A stretch of DNA of 64,000 bases from Chlorokybus atmophyticus (GCA_009103225.1 RHPI01003587.1:186001-250000); one strand, 5' to 3'; counted from the stretch's first letter, positions 51,046 to 63,681 are shown. Made by a program: numbers and translations. Notes: generated from the sequence alone by a model not told the origin.

Positions 51046-52791
51046 ATGCGAACAGCACTAGACAGCCTCTCTGTTGCCATGATGCTGGGTGAGGTAGAGT
51101 ACAACGACGTGCTCCTTGACAAGGAGCTAGTGCTGAGCCTTAGCAAATGTGCGTGCGATGAGGATGGAAGGCTGCAGTTTTGTGGAGACCACGGGGTGAG
51201 GTCGCTGTGCATTGCTCAGGTGAATTGCAATGCGTTGGTGCATTGGTGCATTGGTGCGTTAATGTTGTGTGTTGGCTGATGCGGTGGGCATTCGCCAATT
51301 AGCAGCTCGATATTGTGTTGCGCCGACTGAACATCCCCACCAGCAAGGACGACGACGGGAGTGGCTGCTGACTCCATGCCTATTACGCCCAGCATCTGCT
51401 CTTGTATGCGTGCCATGTTCATAGGTTTGTGAACAACGAGTGTTTCATATGGATCAGCATTGTCCAATGCGTGCGCATGAATATGGCCAGCGCATTCCTT
51501 GCACGGTTTGGCTGCGATGCTATGATCACTCTGGTCAGGTCGCTCTATTGTGTGGCAATGACTGCAAGCATAACTTTGTGTAGGCGTCAGTCAAGTGACA
51601 TACGCCCTCCCGCTTTTGCCGACCTTGACCCAAAGGTGGAGACAAAGCTAAGAAACATGCAGCTCATCCCTTTCTTTATAATGTCAAGAGCTGGCGAAGC
51701 ATCTGAGGCTTACGTGAGGTTGAGGGACTTCTGCTTCTGGCAGCCGTTCAAGTATGGGCGTAGTAGCCGGGTGTTGCTGCAAATCCACACCGCGATGCGT
51801 GACAACCCGGGTCTGGAGCAGCTATGAACGCAATCAGCGACTGCGGTCAAATGGCAGCTCGGGGTAGCCATGTACCGCATCATGGCGGGGTTGCCGGCAC
51901 TTGACATGCGCCGTGTCGGCATGGCGACTGTCGCGGAGCACATGCCACCGATTACGGTTGAAGAACATGTGGCGACTCAAGCAGCAATGCAAGCTGCCCT
52001 AGACACAGACTTGGAGAGCCTCGCAATGGCTGCCTTTGAGTTTGAGGATGCGGCAGTCCCAGCCTCGCCATCCCAGCCTCGCCATAACAGATTGCAAGTG
52101 CCAACCCCAACGAACCATCCCGCCCAAGTGTCCCAAAGACCACTGATGTGCTGAAGCTCTTGGCCGGCCGGCCAGATCAACTGCTGTTCTGTGTCTCCAC
52201 TGCTGCCGGTCCCATCTCTCGTTGGCGCCGATTTGCATTGCGCATGCTCACCTGGGCAAACCCGGAGGGTACCGCAAGTCCTGAAAAGGAGGGTTACAAA
52301 GTTCTCATGAATGCGGGGCTGTTGGCAGCGCTGTGGGATGCGGGAACTGGTCCTGTGTTGAGTCACGATGATGCAGGCGCACTCATTACTAACAATGGTT
52401 GCCATTGTGTGTCCACTTGCACAGTGCGGGATTTGTTTATTGGCAATTAACACTTGCCCGTGAATGCGCACATAATGAGAACACGATATACGATCAATTG
52501 CGCTGATCTTACATGCAGCTTGTCGTGACTGCAGCCATCGTGCGGAGCGTCTTGCGTGGTCTCGGAGTGAAGCCTGCTGCCGATGCTGATGCCGATGACG
52601 ACGATTCTGACGCTGAAGATGACGACCCCCGTGGTGCCTCTACTAGCTCAGCGCCGATTGCAGAGGAACGGGCAGTCAAGCGGCGACAGCTTGAGGCAGA
52701 CATAGCTGCTGCGGTGTCAAAGACCATGTTGGATCGGCTGCCACATGCTGATGAGCTGCGGGCAGCCCTCAAGAAGCTGGCGAAGGATTAG
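51046..52791 (+). pseudogene. Multi-exon gene of unknown function, with stops
   Basis: Protein-like exons (PAFADLDPKVETKLRNMQLIPFF...; AMYRIMAGLPALDMRR...; LEADIAAAVSKTMLDRLPHADELRAALKKLAKD*). No recognised domain. Confidence 0.45.
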
Positions 52792-52959
52792 ATAGTCTTT
52801 TGGGCTGCTTGCTACAGTATTGTGTGCGGTTGTGAACCTGACTTGAAATGCAAGCACGGCCATGCATTGTTTAGAACGGTAATGCAACAACATGCAACAA
52901 TTGTTAAAAATGCTTGCTCGATCCGCACACGATGATGGGCCACGCTAACATTGATTGGC

Positions 52960-53620
52960 ATGCAAGGTTTGTGGTGTACACTACATGACATGCAAGGTTC
53001 GTGGTGTACACTACATGGCATGCAAGGTTCAGGGTGTACACTACATGACATGCAGGGTTCAGGTTGAGTCTCCACCCTTACAGTAAGTAGGCTATGTGTA
53101 CACTACCGATACTCAACTGGGAGACAACCTGTCGACTCAAATTGATCAATTGATGACATGCAAGGTGCAGGTTGAGTCTCCACCCACACAGGATGTACAC
53201 ATGCTATGTGTACACTACCCATACTCAACTGGGAGACAACATGTAGACTCAGATTGATTGGTTAATGACATGCAAGGTGCAGGTTGAGTCTCCACCCACA
53301 CAGGATGTACACATGCTATGTGTACACAACCCATACTCAGCTGGGAGACAACCTGTAGACTCAAATTGATTGATTGATGACTTGCAAGGTGCAGGTTGAG
53401 TCTCCACCCACATGGGATGTACACATGCTATGTGTACACTACCCATACTCAATTAAGAAACAACTTGGAGACTCAAATTCATATTAATCGCTGACATGCA
53501 AGGTGCAGGTTGAGTCTCCACCCATACATGATGTACACATGCTATGTGTACACTACCCATACTCAACTGGGCGACAACCTGTTGAGTCTAATTGATAAAT
53601 TGCTGACGTGCAAGGTGCAT
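52960..53620. repeat. Minisatellite: three ~30-bp units followed by 112-114-bp units with internal hairpins
   Basis: Units start at 53154, 53266, 53378, 53492 and 53604; each full unit contains TGTACACAT-GCT-ATGTGTACA. Confidence 0.92.
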
Positions 53621-54031
53621 GATCTGTTGCGAACGATGGAATAACAGTTGACGCTCAGCAAGGAGCAGTTCATGAGTGCTTCACATAATGATGATTACTA
53701 CATCGGATTTACACATGCTCCTCATGTTTGATTACTATTTTTGCATTATTGTTGTTATCGCTATGCACTTGATTGCCAAGCGTACCGCACAGTTTGAATT
53801 ACCGTCAGAGGATTGATTCCATGCAACATGTAATGAGGACTGCATGGCCTGTGTCTCAACATCAACCACAAGCAGTGCACACATAGACATAGCCGGCGGC
53901 CAGCATGCCATTGACAATAACAGCCATTGCAAGCATGATTGCTGTCGCTGCGATGGGATAATGGCAGGTAGCGTGCCGCAATTGATGTAGAGATGTTGCG
54001 GGCGTGACCATTCGGTTAGCATAAAAGCAGC

Positions 54032-56065
54032 CTACTTTTTAGATGCTAGAGCAATTGAACGGAATGATGCAAGTTCGCGCAGCATCATGGCTTGTACTGT
54101 AGCATCCCGACTATCAAAGCGACCGCGTTGGAACCGTTCCTTCGTTGTGGCATTCATGATTTCAATGCGCCATTGGCGGCCGCTGGCTTTGCGACTCCTG
54201 CTCTTATCCATCACAATGTATCCCTTGATGTCGTGCCCTCTGTTGCGTGACGGTTGTTTAAGACGTTTACGTTGCACATAACCAATCACCATTGCAGGTA
54301 GCTGCGGTATCGAGGCAGGTTGCTTTCGAGCTGCACTTGCTCTTTTGTCACTTGCACAACTGGTTGGATCACGTGCGCCTGAGCCATGGCATAGATCAGG
54401 GGACCATATGCATGGGTTTGGTTCTGCTGGACAACTGCCATCGTCCTTTATGGGCGTGGAGGGTGCGAGGATGCGTGGAAGGCTGCGATGAACGACCTCG
54501 CCGCACAGTGGTTTAACGCACATGTAACACGCACATGATTCTGGACCAAGGACGCATGGGTAACCGTACGAGGGCTCCAGTTCGTGAGGGCGATTATCAT
54601 GCTCCGCCAGCGGCATGCCGGGCATGGGCTCGTGTTCTGGCCAGACTGGTGGCGGCGTACATGACGCTGATTGGAGAGAAGCATGCAGCGCGGTGCGGTT
54701 GGGCACCTGATGATGCAGTAATGGATTGACACTGTGTGGATGCGTTGTGGTGATATATTGCGGGCGCATAGGTGTGACATGGTTGAGCAGCAGCGTCGAT
54801 AGATGAGGGTGCGCTGATAGCCCTGCAGCGCATGCAACAGGGCTGAGTTGGGCTGGCATTACAAGAATAGATGTAACTATTACAGCATGATCCATCATTC
54901 AAAGCATCACTCAAAATAGAATCATACCAACAGTGGGTCGCCCTGTGTACAAGAGCTGTGGTGCACGTGCATACGCCAGCCACTTTGTGAGTGCAAAGCT
55001 GCTGCAACGCCACCTTGACATTAACGACCAATAAGAGAGAGACGCAGAACAGGTTGTCCCTTTACAAAAGCGGCAGCAGTGTATGCATGCATGTGTCAAC
55101 ATGCATATGGTGTCACATCAAGTATGCACATGCTGGGAGCTCACCAATCCGGCGTGGTCGCACACGTCCACAATCCAAATGCATATGTCTTGAGCCAGCG
55201 GAGTCTGATTCAGCATCATTTGCAGGCCCGGCGGCAAGAAGTGCGTCCGCCATTTGTGCAATCCTCAGTGCGTTACAATCCTATCAATGCACGCCAAGTC
55301 GTTAGCCGCCGACCACCACGCCGCCTAGACCATCATCAGGCTTTTTGGGCGCCAGAACGTCTAATGTGAGTTGCTGGACGGGCGTGTGCTCATTATACAT
55401 CTGGCTGGGCGGCGGGCGTGCAAGTGCAAGGCGGCGGGCGTGCAAGGTTGATGGCGCGATCTCGGCCAACTGGAATATCCACAGGGGCGCCTGGCAACAG
55501 GCAGAGTATGGCAAAAGAGCGAGGGTGGCAAGACAAAGGAGGGCAACAGAGCGAGGATGGCAACAGAGCGAGGATGGCTATTTTGGAACGCCCCCGCCAA
55601 TGACATCACCCATGCTGAGCCGCTTGCCCCTACCAATGACAACACCCCTGCCTCTGACAACGCCCCTGCTGAGCCTGCCGCACCCAGTGACAACACCTGC
55701 AGCGTCAATTATGGGATTGATCGAGGTGACACGCGTGTGCAGGTTTGCATTGTCTGTACGCTTGCTTGCGTTAATCGCATTGTCTGGGCACAGCGCATGC
55801 ATTGGAGCAGGAGCTCAAGAGCTGCGCCGGCAGGTGGGCCGCTAACTGCACTTGCAACCTCTGTGCTATGCGCATCACGGGCAGCCTTGGAACTCACAGT
55901 GTGCATGCTTTGTAGGTCGAGACCCAGCGTGCAATCAACAACGAAGTGACGGCAAATGAGATCCGGTATCAAGAATACTGGGAGTCGATAAGAGCCAAGG
56001 TAAGCCCATGTACCAGTCATTACGGCATTGTACTCGAGTAGGTGTGCCCTCGTAATCTTGCTAAT
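54032..56065 (-). pseudogene. Multi-exon gene with a C-terminal AP2-like motif; 5' end cut by CACTA copy C
   Basis: C-terminus KGYIVMDK...SGRQWRIEIMNATTKERFQRGRFDSRDATVQA resembles the AP2 three-strand plus helix pattern. Upstream Cys-rich and PLWIFQLAEI segments. Confidence 0.4.
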
Positions 56066-56463
56066 CACACGGCTTGACGTTCAAGGACCATCTATGGTCC
56101 TTTCACGGACCCCGCGGACCAAGCATGGACCGTACCCCGCGGGCCAGGACTGCCTGGTCCGCGGGGGACGGACCGTTCCTGGTCCGTTCGGGGCCCCACA
56201 TCCTGGTGCGCAGTCGCGCACCAGACATGGTCCGTTCCGCACCGGACATGGTGCGGCACGGATCAGTCAAGTACAGTCTACCCCCGTTAAGAGACTTCGG
56301 TTTAAGAAAATAACCCCGCTAAGATCATAGATTTTTTAAAGACCGATGGTTTTACAGGCAAATATCGTTGGTCAAGAGAATATTCCCGTACGTAATAAGT
56401 CTAATGTTGCAACATGCAAAACCCAGTGGTCCTATTCTCTTATCAGGGTAGCAGTGCTATGAG

Positions 56464-56491
56464 TTAGGGTTAGGGTTAGGGTTAGGTTTAG
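56464..56491 (+). repeat. Telomere-like (TTAGGG)n upstream of the Tigger transposase
   Basis: ttagggttagggttagggttaggtttag. Confidence 0.7.
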
Positions 56492-56747
56492 CACTTGCAG
56501 GCGTATCTAAGCCTTACGCCGCCAGAGTGGCAGCCCTGGTGGAGCGGTAAGATGCGGCGGCGGCGGCGGCGGCGGCAATAGGTGTAGATAGGTGCTATAT
56601 GATGCCTTGGCGGGGGGAACGGATGCTTCCAGCTCTGGAGGGCTTTTGCTGAGGTGTGCATTGTGCGCATGCGTGTGTGTGTGTGTGTGCATTGTTGTAG
56701 CCGTTCACGTGAACACTAAGGCCATTGTATGCGTTTTGTAGGTCATC

Positions 56748-58932
56748 ATGTCTGCGCTACAGCCCGTCAAGCGAAGCAACATCACTCTCAAGGACAAGAA
56801 GCGCATATTAGAGTTGTATGATGAGTTGTGCGAGAACACCAACGTTAGGCAAGCGGACTTCATTGCTAGTGTCAAATCCAAGTTGAAATTGGACATCAAA
56901 CAGAGTGCATTGTCTAAGTTGCTGAATAGCCGTGAGAAGATAGTTGAGACGCTAGCTCAGGGTGGTAATTTTGCTGCAAGTACCAAGCGCATGCGGCTTG
57001 CAGCACATCCCAAGTTGGAGGACGCATTGTATGCATGGTTTGTACAAGCTCGGGCTCGTAATGCCACCATCACAGACACGATACTAATAGAGAAAGGCAA
57101 GGACTTTGTTAGCAAGTTGAACGTGGAGGACTTTAATGCATCACACGGGTGGGTGAATCGGTTCAAGAAGCGTCATGGCATCTCCGCTAAACCATTGCAC
57201 GGGGAAGCCAACGATGCAGATGAAGAAGGGGTCGACATGGCCCGAGCTGACTTACCAGAGATTCTTGAGGAGTACGGCGCTGCCAACACCTTCAACATGG
57301 ATGAGAGTGGGGTGTTCTACCGGGCTCGTCCACGCCGCACATTGGTCACTGCAACTGAGGAAGCGAGGGGGGGGGGGAAGAGAGAGAAGGATAGGTTCAC
57401 CATAGCATTGTGTGTGCATGCCGACGGCTCCGAGAATTATCCCCTTTTGCTAATTAGTACATCCAAAAGACCTAAATCTTTTGGCAGCATATGGACTCCC
57501 ATCCGCATCGGTGTGGAGTATGAGAACAACAAGAAGGCTTGGATGAACGCAGAGGTAAGGTGTTTGACACTACTGCAAGTTGGCGAGTCTATTTGTGCAA
57601 CTGCAAGTTCACATGTGACTGCAAGTTCGTGTGTGTCACTAAGCGTTGTTTCATGCAGATCTTCAGCCGCTGGCTCTGCAACTTCGCCTTGCAGATGAAG
57701 CTACAGAAGCGCAATGTCTTGTTGCTGCTCGACAACTCTTCCACCCACGCCTGCAAGTACGGGGTCGAGGGCATGGAGAAAGGGTTCAAGACGCTGCAGG
57801 TGAACACTGTGAAGTGTCTGTTCCTGCCTCCCAACACAACCAGCAAGGTTCAACCTCTTGACGCAGGCATTATTGCTGCGTTCAAGGCCAGGTACGTGCC
57901 CATTTGTTTACGTTGCTGCGTTACTCTGGTTACAAACTGAGTGTTAATAGAGCAAACTTGTAAACAATTTTGGGCTGGGGGGGGACCCCCCCCCCCCCCC
58001 CNGTTCAAGGGCAGGTACGCTGCTGCGTTACTCTGGTTACAAACTGAGTCCGAATTTAGAAAACTTGTAATAACATTTGGGCTGGAGGGGGGGAAGTCCC
58101 CCCCCCCCCCCCCCCCGACCCCCCTTGTTCGTCAGAGTTTGTAATGCTTTCTCATTTGGTTCGTTGCAGGTACAAGCGCAAGCTTGTTGCGTACTTGCTG
58201 CAGCAATATGATGCCGACCCGACAACCGACTTGCGCACGGTGAAGGTGCAGTTGAGGGAGGCCATCATATGGTGTCGCGAGGCGTACGGGGAGCTCACCG
58301 CACTCACCATCTCGAATTGCTGGAGGAAGAGCGGCATCACCCCCCCGGCCTGGCACGTGCCCACTTCCGACACTGACGCACGAGAGCAGGATGTTGTGCA
58401 GGAGATTGGGGACATCATGCAGCGTCTTCCTATTCCACGTGCGGAGATGCTCTCACCAGCTGAGTTTGTTCACGCTGACGACACCCTCCCAACCGAAGCC
58501 GGTCAGAGTGACGAGGACATCCTCCAAAGCATCGGAGCGGTTGAGGGGGGCGTCAATGATGAGCCTCTTGAGGCTGAAAGTGAGGAATTCCCCTTTGTGT
58601 GTGTGTGTGTGTGCGTGTGTGTGTGTGTACTCACAATGTCTTGTGTTACAGATGATGATGAGGAGAAGGAGTCACCCCCACGTGTCACAGTTGCAGAGTG
58701 CATGAGGTTCTTGGATGGTGTAAAAGCCTTCATCGCCACCAACGACTGCCCCACCTCAGAGCACCATCAGCTCACATTACGGCAGCTGCGTAATGTGATC
58801 ATCAAGCATCAGCAGTTTGACGCTGGCCATCAGACCCGCATACAGGATTTCTTCACTGCGGGTTCTTCTGGACATGATGCTAGCACTAGTGCCACTGGTG
58901 GCACAGTCGATGAGCCAGTCGAGTTGGAGTAG
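56748..58932 (+). CDS. pogo/Tigger (CENP-B-like) transposase, about 4 exons
   Basis: HTH ITLKDKKRIL; CENP-B HTH LEDALYAWF...FNASHGWVNRFKKRHGI; catalytic NMDESG, LLLDNSSTH, QPLDAGII; NCWRKSGI. TAG at 58930-58932. Confidence 0.93.
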
Positions 58933-61339
58933 TGTGCATTACATGCATGCACGCATGTGGTTTGTAATGCTCGTATTAGTGATGATCGCTTTGCAGATGC
59001 ATGCTGTTTACAACTCATGCACGCGCACGCAAAGCAACATGCTCATGTACACACGTATGCATTGTTTGTTGTACATTATACACATGCGTGTGCACCAACA
59101 AACATGCACACGACCACTTATTGAGTCATAATGTCACAACCAAGCATGCTGTCACACAACACCATGTTGTAATGTATGTTATTAACTCGCTTGATATACC
59201 TAGAACTCATTAAACTGATCATATACATGTGTAATAGGCACACTTCGTTCATAGCATATTTATTCTTTTTAACGCACCTGGCAGGACCCTCTCTAAGGGA
59301 ATATATATTCTCGTAACGTTAAGAGAATATATATTGTTTTAAGCGCCAAGAGAATAACCCCGTTAGTGGAATGAAAAGCTCCAGGATAATCGTGATTCTT
59401 ATAACAGGGGTAGACTGTACGCTGGTCCTTCCATGCAAACCAGATATGGTTCCGCGGCCCTGCGGTCCTGCTGTCGCACACCGTACCTGGTCCATCCCGA
59501 ACCATAAATGGTGCGGCAGGGACCAGTGACATCACTGGTCCGTGTATTATACATGCAACAGTACGCCGCACCATAATCGCGGCCCTGCCGCTACGATGAG
59601 TACCTACATAAAGACTAATGACTGTATGAACATAAATTGCTTAAAACCTACTGACAGGCTAAGACACATAGACTAATTATTTTGTAAGTATATATATAGC
59701 TCAAAACTTATTGACAGGCCGCCTCGACTGTCGGAAAATGCTCACCGACAGGTGGACAGCCGCAAATGGTCGGCGGCCAATTGACAGCCGGGCTGTTAGT
59801 GAGCTGTAAGTGGCTGTCTGTGCAATGAACATAGTTACCATAACTGCATGTGCACGAAGTTGCGAATGTGTATTATTATTCGTTCTTTATACATGCATAT
59901 GTACATCTATGCATGCATGTATACAAAAAGAATATGATATAATATTAATGTGCTAATATATTGTTAAACATTGTTAATATAATATGTGTGCATTGATGTA
60001 CATACAGCAATGCATACATATGTATATATACATATGTACATTGACATATATATGCATTGATGCATATCTGTCATGTGAGCTTATGAGTTGTTGTATATTA
60101 CACTGTTATCTATACATGCAACATTTAAGACGCGCATCATTAAATGAACATATAGCGGTGGTGAATGTTACAACATCATAGCATTGCTATGTTGATGTTT
60201 TTGTCAAGTGTTGTACATTCACGCTGTGCATAATATGTGTTATTCAATGCCACCAGTCTCATAACATAATAAATGCACACATATATACATATTTAATTGT
60301 ACTTTGTGTATATATATATAAATATGTATATACACATGTGTATGTATATGTATATATATATGTAAACATTTATGTATGTGATGTTTTATGTACGGATACA
60401 TCAAATAGCAATAAATGTATATAATTCTCAAAACGGGCTGTCATAAACAGCCCCAGGGTGAGCCCCCCTGACCGAATGTTGTTATTTTATTTCCATGGCA
60501 GTCGCCGAGTTGCAACTGTCCATTCATTCTCGAATCTGCTCAAAGTAATACTGGTATACCCTATGCATATAGAGGGGACGGCAACCCTCTTCGGGCTGGA
60601 ATGGACGGCTTTGTAACTACTCTTGTATTTAGTAAAATACAAAGGATCGATGGCTCTCGTGAGCTGCCGTTAGTAATTACAAAGTAAATACACACACCGT
60701 TGGATTGCGGCGACACGGACCGATCGATTACTCAATGCCTATACAATTGTTGACTGCCGACTGTATAGCGATCGACGGCAAGCGTCGCGCCGTCACCTGT
60801 TAGTACTGCACGGTACTGTACCATTGGTACATGTATCAGCGTGCGGTACGCACTCGTATGGTACCCTCACACGCTGCATCTACATAGATACACAGTTTGT
60901 AGATACAACGACATTGTTTTAGACACTTATATCTGTTTAGCAACCTGTGTATCTACATAGATGCAGCCAAAAAGAGCAAGTCTCGGTGTCCACACAACAT
61001 TGTTCATCTAGGGTTTTGTGTGGGCGGCGTGGGCGGAGTGGGCGGCGGCGTAGGCGGCGGCATGGGAGGCATGGTTAATATAGGCATGTGATGAGACATA
61101 ATGGTTGCAGATATGGACATGTTGTTTAGTAGTGCGGGGATGATGTTGTCAATGCTCATGATGTGGATGAGCTTGTTTTATTGCGATAAGCTCTTTACAT
61201 GGCTGTGCACATGCGCGACATTGTTGGGAGGGGATACTGCCAGCTTGAAGCTAGTCCATCCACCACCTCCCTCTCCTCATGCTCCCCCACCTCCCCCACC
61301 TGCCACACAACCTCCCTCATCACAACCTTAATCGCGGCA

Positions 61340-61900
61340 AGAGGGTAAGTGATAGGTACACACGGTGTGTGTGGGCGTGCGACTGTGTATGCGCTTGTAT
61401 ATATATGCGCACATCACATGTTTGTGAGCGTGCGTGCGTGCGTGCGTGCGTGCCCGTGTGCGTGCGGACGCGTATGTGCGCATGTGTATCTTGTCAAAAC
61501 GGGTGCGCGCATGCAAGCTGCTCTCGGGGCGGGCGTGGGTGCGTACCTTAGTATTTGCACACGCGCATATGCATCTATGTGCGCGTGTGTCTGTTTATGG
61601 GCGTGTGGGCGCCAAGGCTGGTGTGGGCGCGTGTACGCATGCATGTGCGTGCTGACATGCGTGTGCATGAGTGTGAATGCGCATATTCATATACGCGCGC
61701 GTGAATGTGTATGGGCGTGTGTGATTGCCAAGGCTGGTGTGCGCGCGTGCACGCGTGCGTGTTCGTGCTTACATGCGTGTGAACGCATATGCATATACGC
61801 GCGTGTGTGTGCTTGTGGGCGCATGTGGTCGCCAAGGCTCGTGTGTGTGGTGCGTGTGGTATGTGTTGTAAACATGCATGTGCTGACATTGATGTGTGAA
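61340..61900. repeat. ~560-bp alternating purine-pyrimidine (TG/CG) tract, intron-like
   Basis: gtgtgtgcgtgcgcg-type sequence with three internal gccaaggct units. Confidence 0.85.
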
Positions 61901-61904
61901 TAGA

Positions 61905-63660
61905 CAATGAGGAGATTGGAGCGGGGCACCCCGCATACGAAGAAGCCTCTAAGCGGGTGCGCTCGTATGTACCAGAACTTCAGCGCAACAATGTCAGCCA
62001 AACGTGGCAGCTCAAGCAACCTTTGGAACTTATGCATTGGCCGGACATTAGAAAGCCGCTCACAAACCCTTTGTTGGCGGTGAAATCGAAAGAGGATTGT
62101 ACGCCGGCAACCTTCTACAAGAAAGACTGTCATGTAAGTGCTGTTGACATGAGTGGCTATGTGGGGTGATTTGAGGTGATTGACATGCATGCCCGTGCGC
62201 ATGCGAGTATGTCCATCGGCGTTCACGCGCGCTTGCACGCGCGTGGATGTAACATTGTATGCTTCTCGAGTTGTGCTATAGATGTTGTCCGATGTGCAAG
62301 TATATGTGTAGGTGACATATTGGGCGCCACATGCCTTCTTCAATCAATATGTGAAGCAGTACATTTGCCCCTCATGCAACAAGAAGGCAATGACATCCGA
62401 CGGGTGGTACAAGCACATACGCAAAGTCACGGGCTTACGCGGTAGTAAGGCTCTATGGCTCTATGGCATGAGTCTGCGATGCAAGAAGTGCACAGGTATG
62501 CGCTGTTACACACGTGTCATGGGCACAATCATTGTGCCTCATGATGATAGCTTCAACATGCAAGTACTTACCGTGTGATGATGATGCAGGTAATGAAAGC
62601 AAAGATTTTACTTGTCTCGCTTATGATGATAGAATCCTGGAGCAGCTGCCATCATTTGTGAGAGACGAGTTCAAGATCCTGTTGACACCCCGAGTAGGCT
62701 TGGAGAAGGACTAAATTGATTTCGTGACAAGAGCCATATCGAATGGTCAATCCCTCCATGACGTGTGCGAGCAACTAAAAGAGAGCCACCGCACCGACTA
62801 CACACGGGTACATTGCTTTGGTGGACTGGTGTTGTTCGGTTGCATATGCATGCGGATTGCATGATGATGTCATGACACTAACTACATGACTATCATGGAC
62901 ACAGCCTTTGTTGGCGTACACTGAGGTTTGGGAGCATGTGCATAAACCGAGCAATGCACTTGCTCGCTTGTACACTACATCCATACCGCCACCACCGACG
63001 TTTGGAGCTTTTGATGATCCCAAGGGATGGCGCGGGTACGTGCCAAGCGCTGAGTACTTGACTCAGCAATACATCAAGCATGGTCAGTCAACACGAGAAT
63101 GGCAAAAAATGAGAATGACGACACTTGGTGGAGCTATACTAGCTGTGGACCATAGCTTCGAGCTACCTAAGTTTGTACGTCAAGAAGGACGCAAAGTGGC
63201 TGAAGCTGTCTTCACCTTGTATAACGAAACCAAGCAGGTATGGTTGAAGTAATCTGCAAGTCTTGCATCTGAGGCTAATTGATCACAATGCCAATTGTGC
63301 AAGCTCATTAACGCGGTATTATCAGGTGATTGGATGGTATCTGGCTAGCTCATCCGCCTTGTCCGAAGTTGTTCCTGCTTTGCAAAGGATCATGAAGCGT
63401 GCATACTACGCGGTGCTGCAAAATGTGAGCTGCACAACACTGCATCCTGCTGCACAGGAACTTTGTGTATTTGCATGCAGATATCAATCAAATTCGTGCA
63501 GCCGTTGAAGGTGGTGTATTGTGATAACTCGACAAGCATGGAGAGCTCTTTGCTTCAAGGATTTGGGTCAGACCATCTACTGATACTAGAGGATCCATGG
63601 CATTTCATGGATAGGTATGCCAGGCTAATTGTGGACTTGAGCAAACTCAAAGGTAATTGT
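61905..63660 (+). CDS. DUF6729-type DDE-transposase-like gene, multi-exon, partial, at least one stop
   Basis: YWAPH...CPSC...GW...RKV...LRCKKC; AYDDRILEQLPSFVRDEFKILLT; ILAVDHSF; TLYNETKQ-VIGWYL; VVYCDN; LEDPWHFMDRY (DxxH). Recognised from memory; superfamily uncertain. Confidence 0.7.
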
Positions 63661-63681
63661 GCCGCGCTGCCCCCCCCCCCC

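Larger units (their letters stand above)
56274..59417 (+). mobile_element. Autonomous-type pogo/Tigger DNA transposon (3144 bp), TA TSD
   Basis: TA|CAGTCTACCCC ... GGGGTAGACTG|TA, enclosing a complete-looking transposase gene. Confidence 0.92.
56066..60568 (-). mobile_element. CACTA-like copy C, inverted relative to A, truncated at ~60568
   Basis: aat|cacacggcttgacgttcaaggacc. 56066-56273 and 59418-60568 are the reverse complement of copy A from 15743 back to ~14010. Confidence 0.85.

Noticed and set aside
52960-53620. CRISPR-like array
   Set aside because: The inter-repeat parts are homologous to each other rather than unique spacers, there are no cas genes, and the context is eukaryotic.
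57880-58140. Duplicated exon end within the Tigger intron
   Set aside because: The duplication straddles poly-G/C tracts and a single N at ~58003, so it is most likely an assembly artefact. The N at ~35795 and the two N gaps have the same homopolymer context.
61349-62343. Long His/Thr/Cys/Val-rich ORFs here and at 2775-3305, 17581-17934, 19412-19835 and 28267-29542
   Set aside because: They are translations of microsatellite, intron or subterminal repeat DNA.
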